Shown here: positions 61,513 to 64,000 of the stretch, piece after piece
How the letters are laid out: every line of letters starts with the position of its first letter
How positions within the stretch are numbered: the stretch's first letter is position 1
DNA from: a virus
Virus record (IMG/VR): IMGVR_UViG_3300034105_002043
Coordinates: 1-64,000 of that record
Strand: one strand, 5' to 3'
Length of the DNA stretch: 64,000 nt
The notes under the pieces: model-generated
The model's database searches: none
The model's input: only the letters and a program-made list of their open reading frames with translations
What the model was told of the DNA's origin: nothing
Position numbers and translations under genes: made by a program

Positions 61513-62286
61513 TTAATCTTGGTTTTTTTTATAAAATCTTTTATCAGCGGGTAAGTACCATTCGTATAGTGAAGACGGAACTCTTGAATCAAATCCTAAC
61601 AACTGCTTCATATCGTCTGAAAAATTGTACATCATTTCAGTTTCTATGCTTTTAGTATAATCGAACATTTGTTTAATACAAGATTTAGAAAAAGTCATAG
61701 GTATTGCTCTACGGCTTTCATTAGTATTGTTCGGTGCTGAACAATGCCAAATGTTTGAGTTGAACAAAAGAATATCTCCTTTTTTACCTACTGCTCTAAT
61801 ACAATCTGCTATAAATGAAAAGTCAGTTGGTTTTTCTTCAATTTTGTGAGAGTTAGGCAACAACATAGTAGCACCGTTTTCAACAGTAAAATCATCAAGC
61901 AATACTAATCCGTTTAACATAATAGGCAAGTCTTTTGAAAAGAACTTTATATCCCTATGTACTATCGCTGAAAAATTAGGGCTATTAGGTTTATTGTCTA
62001 ATGCACTAATGGAATTTAAAATAAATTTACTTTCAAAAAAGTTGTTTTCTATATCCTTGATAATACCTAATTCTAATAATTTTTCCAACAATTTTATGTA
62101 AGCAAAATCATCATTAAAAACATTCAAAGCAACCCCGTCTGAATTAATTTCGTTTTTAAGTGCAATCTGTATATCTCTATGCTTTACAAATGATACACTA
62201 ACTGCGTTTCTTAACTCTTCAACTAAAGCGTCATCAATCTGATTTCTTAAAAAACAAATACCTGTTTCTTTTAATTCTTTGTACAT
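61513..62286 (-). CDS. PhyH-like Fe(II)/2-oxoglutarate dioxygenase
   Basis: HRD, LDDFTVENGAT..LPNSH, GDILLFNSNIWH, RR. Confidence 0.88.
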   Translation of the reverse strand: MYKELKETGICFLRNQIDDALVEELRNAVSVSFVKHRDIQIALKNEINSDGVALNVFNDDFAYIKLLEKLLELGIIKDIENNFFESKFILNSISALDNKPNSPNFSAIVHRDIKFFSKDLPIMLNGLVLLDDFTVENGATMLLPNSHKIEEKPTDFSFIADCIRAVGKKGDILLFNSNIWHCSAPNNTNESRRAIPMTFSKSCIKQMFDYTKSIETEMMYNFSDDMKQLLGFDSRVPSSLYEWYLPADKRFYKKNQD

Positions 62287-62291
62287 ATTTT

Positions 62292-62978
62292 CTACTTTAA
62301 AAATTTTTCTCCCATTAGCCTTGCCCTTACTTTGTTTATTGGATTACCGTGAGCCAATACGTTATTTGGAATATCTTTTAAAACTAAACTTCCCGAACCT
62401 ATTACTGAATTTTCGCCAATCTTTAATCGGTCTAATATTGTAACTCCTAAAGTAATCGCTGAAAACTTTCCTATTGTAACATATCCACCCATTACTGAAC
62501 CTGCTGATACACTCGCATAGTCTTCAATGATACAATCGTGTTCAATTTGACAACCTGTTGCGAAAAAAGTAAAATTTCCGATTTTAGCCAAAGGGTTTAC
62601 AATAACCCCCGCCATCATAACTACTCCAAATCCTAACTCAACGTTTTTACCCATAATTACAGACGGGTGTATAGCGTTAACAAATTCAAAACTCGGCATT
62701 TGTTTTATTATTGCATTATAAACTATTGACCGTGACCAATTATCTCCAATGGTAATTAATCCTGCATCTATTTTATGTTCTTCAACAATACCGATTAAAT
62801 CATCTTGCCTCCCTAAAACATTATAGCCATATCTATCTGTACCGATTGGGTGTACGGAGTCAATTATTCCTGCAATTTCGTACTTGTTTTCTTTTTCAAT
62901 TATGTCAATTGTGTAATGAACTTGATTTCCTCCGCCAAATAGTAAAATTCTTTTTTTATGATTTTCCATTATTTCCAA
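62292..62978 (-). CDS. Sugar O/N-acetyltransferase, NeuD/PglD family
   Basis: IGDN..R, NAIHPS, IEHDC, hexapeptide repeats. Confidence 0.88.
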   Translation of the reverse strand: MEIMENHKKRILLFGGGNQVHYTIDIIEKENKYEIAGIIDSVHPIGTDRYGYNVLGRQDDLIGIVEEHKIDAGLITIGDNWSRSIVYNAIIKQMPSFEFVNAIHPSVIMGKNVELGFGVVMMAGVIVNPLAKIGNFTFFATGCQIEHDCIIEDYASVSAGSVMGGYVTIGKFSAITLGVTILDRLKIGENSVIGSGSLVLKDIPNNVLAHGNPINKVRARLMGEKFLK

Positions 62979-63637
62979 ATTTTAAATTTACTCAAATCAG
63001 GATAAGGCAATTCCAAATCTTCGTTTTGTTTTTTACTTCCGTCAGCATTATAAAATTGCGCAATAAGCAACAAGCCTCTTGCAGACAATTCGGGCATCAT
63101 ATAGAAGTTCCAACCAATAACAGGATTATCGTCAAAATCGTCTTCGTGATAACTACATTCACTTCTTCCGCTAAAACGGGCTTTTTTCAGCCATTTGTAG
63201 GCATCTAAATCATCTAACAATATTGCACCGCCTTTTGATAGTTTAAAGTGCTTGTAAGCCCCCGTAAAAGAAACGCACATCATTGATTCAGGAATGTACA
63301 TATCAGCAGTAAACCTTAATGCGCTATCCCAAACATTACTTGGTGTTAATTGATACGCCCCTTTTATGGTTTCGCCCTCTACTTTTGTAAAGTTTACTTG
63401 CGCTCCTGCGTGAATTACTTCGCAAGGTACAGACGGATAAGTTCTTTGAGGAACATCTATAACCTCAACGTAATTGAAATTTGATTTATGTTCTTTTTTT
63501 CTTTTCTGAATCCAATAATACAAACACAAAAATAATGCGTTGCTTTGATTATCTACGCAAAGGACATAAGGCGCACCTGTATATCTTGCTAATTCTTTTT
63601 CAAAATCTTCCGTTATTTTATGTACACCTTGCGCCAT
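62969..63637 (-). CDS. DegT/DnrJ/EryC1/StrS-like PLP aminotransferase (short form)
   Basis: FEKELARYTGA...SNALFL, DSA, SF...KH...GGAI, GWNFYM. Confidence 0.8.
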   Translation of the reverse strand: MAQGVHKITEDFEKELARYTGAPYVLCVDNQSNALFLCLYYWIQKRKKEHKSNFNYVEVIDVPQRTYPSVPCEVIHAGAQVNFTKVEGETIKGAYQLTPSNVWDSALRFTADMYIPESMMCVSFTGAYKHFKLSKGGAILLDDLDAYKWLKKARFSGRSECSYHEDDFDDNPVIGWNFYMMPELSARGLLLIAQFYNADGSKKQNEDLELPYPDLSKFKIWK

Positions 63638-63640
63638 AAT

Positions 63641-64000
63641 CTATGCTTTTAAAATATAATTTCCTCTTAATTTAACCAAGCAACCTAATACCCTCTCAAG
63701 TTGATGCGCTATTGAACCGTCCCCAATGTAGCCGTCTTGAAATTCTTTGTAAAATCTATCGTAAATACTATTTGATACAAACCAATCCATAATCAAATTA
63801 AAATTAGCCATAAACATTGTTCCTGCAACAAATTCGTATTCATTAAAAGTTATTTGTTCTTTGAAGAACTGTTGCTCATACCCTAATACGTTTTGATTTT
63901 GAATCCAAGCAGAACTACCGACCATAGTGTGATTAGAACCTACACAAGAAAAATATCCATTTTGTAATTTTGGGAGCGAACCTAACAAGGCATCTGTTAA
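63641..64000 (-). CDS. Glycosyltransferase-like protein (RgpF-like C-terminus), 5' end outside window
   Basis: FVAGTMF...AHQLER motif. Confidence 0.55.
   Translation of the reverse strand, partial: LTDALLGSLPKLQNGYFSCVGSNHTMVGSSAWIQNQNVLGYEQQFFKEQITFNEYEFVAGTMFMANFNLIMDWFVSNSIYDRFYKEFQDGYIGDGSIAHQLERVLGCLVKLRGNYILKA

Larger units (their letters stand above)
1..64000 (-). mobile_element. Segment of a large tailless, probably membrane-containing (Varidnaviria-like) bacteriophage of Bacteroidota
   Basis: Dense co-oriented phage-type genes, A32-like ATPase, MCP candidate, lysis cassette, about 50 TM proteins, no housekeeping genes, Bacteroidota promoter consensus. Confidence 0.8.

Noticed and set aside
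309-63208. Plus-strand ORFs in the track (e.g. 309..635, 13514..13897, 34374..34793, 39309..39710, 62846..63208)
   Set aside because: All lie antisense to well-formed minus-strand genes and have F/L/S/I-rich shadow composition
1-64000. Eukaryotic giant virus (NCLDV) origin
   Set aside because: Holin/endolysin cassette, several peptidoglycan enzymes, Bacteroidota promoters, coupled operons and intrinsic terminators indicate a bacterial host
1-64000. Stop-codon reassignment
   Set aside because: The standard code yields dense full-length ORFs up to 2368 aa; TAA and TAG both end genes at sensible boundaries

Overview
AT-rich viral DNA, almost all genes on the minus strand. It reads as part of a large (>64 kb) tailless, probably membrane-containing virus of a Bacteroidota (Flavobacterium-like) host. 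Host evidence: TAnnTTTG/-33 TTTG promoters, A-rich starts without Shine-Dalgarno sequences, a SusC-type CarboxypepD_reg domain and peptidoglycan hydrolases. Layout: (i) 1-28 kb is a virion/membrane module with about 50 small single-pass membrane proteins in paralogous families, a beta-rich 233-aa major capsid protein candidate with its own promoter and terminator, an A32/FtsK-HerA-type packaging ATPase, an HExxH protease, a holin/M15 endolysin/spanin-like cassette and further muralytic enzymes. (ii) 28-56.7 kb is one long operon of giant polyvalent proteins whose domains (DUF2958, ParB-like, GNAT, ART-PolyVal x3, papain/transglutaminase-like, zeta toxin and others) are separated by roughly 60 copies of a [FYML]-x-x-G-G motif; it also holds a MoxR AAA+/vWA-like pair and a (GQ)~90 protein. 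(iii) 57-64 kb carries an Acb2/Tad1-like protein, a RyR-domain protein and a sugar modification/glycosylation cluster. No terminase, portal, tail, tRNA, rRNA or CRISPR array was recognised. Best candidate for a new system: GG-punctuated, cassette-like polyproteins that are probably proteolytically processed cargo, plus a second putative processing motif shared by the capsid protein N-terminus and membrane proteins. All family assignments come from motif recognition by eye, not database searches.
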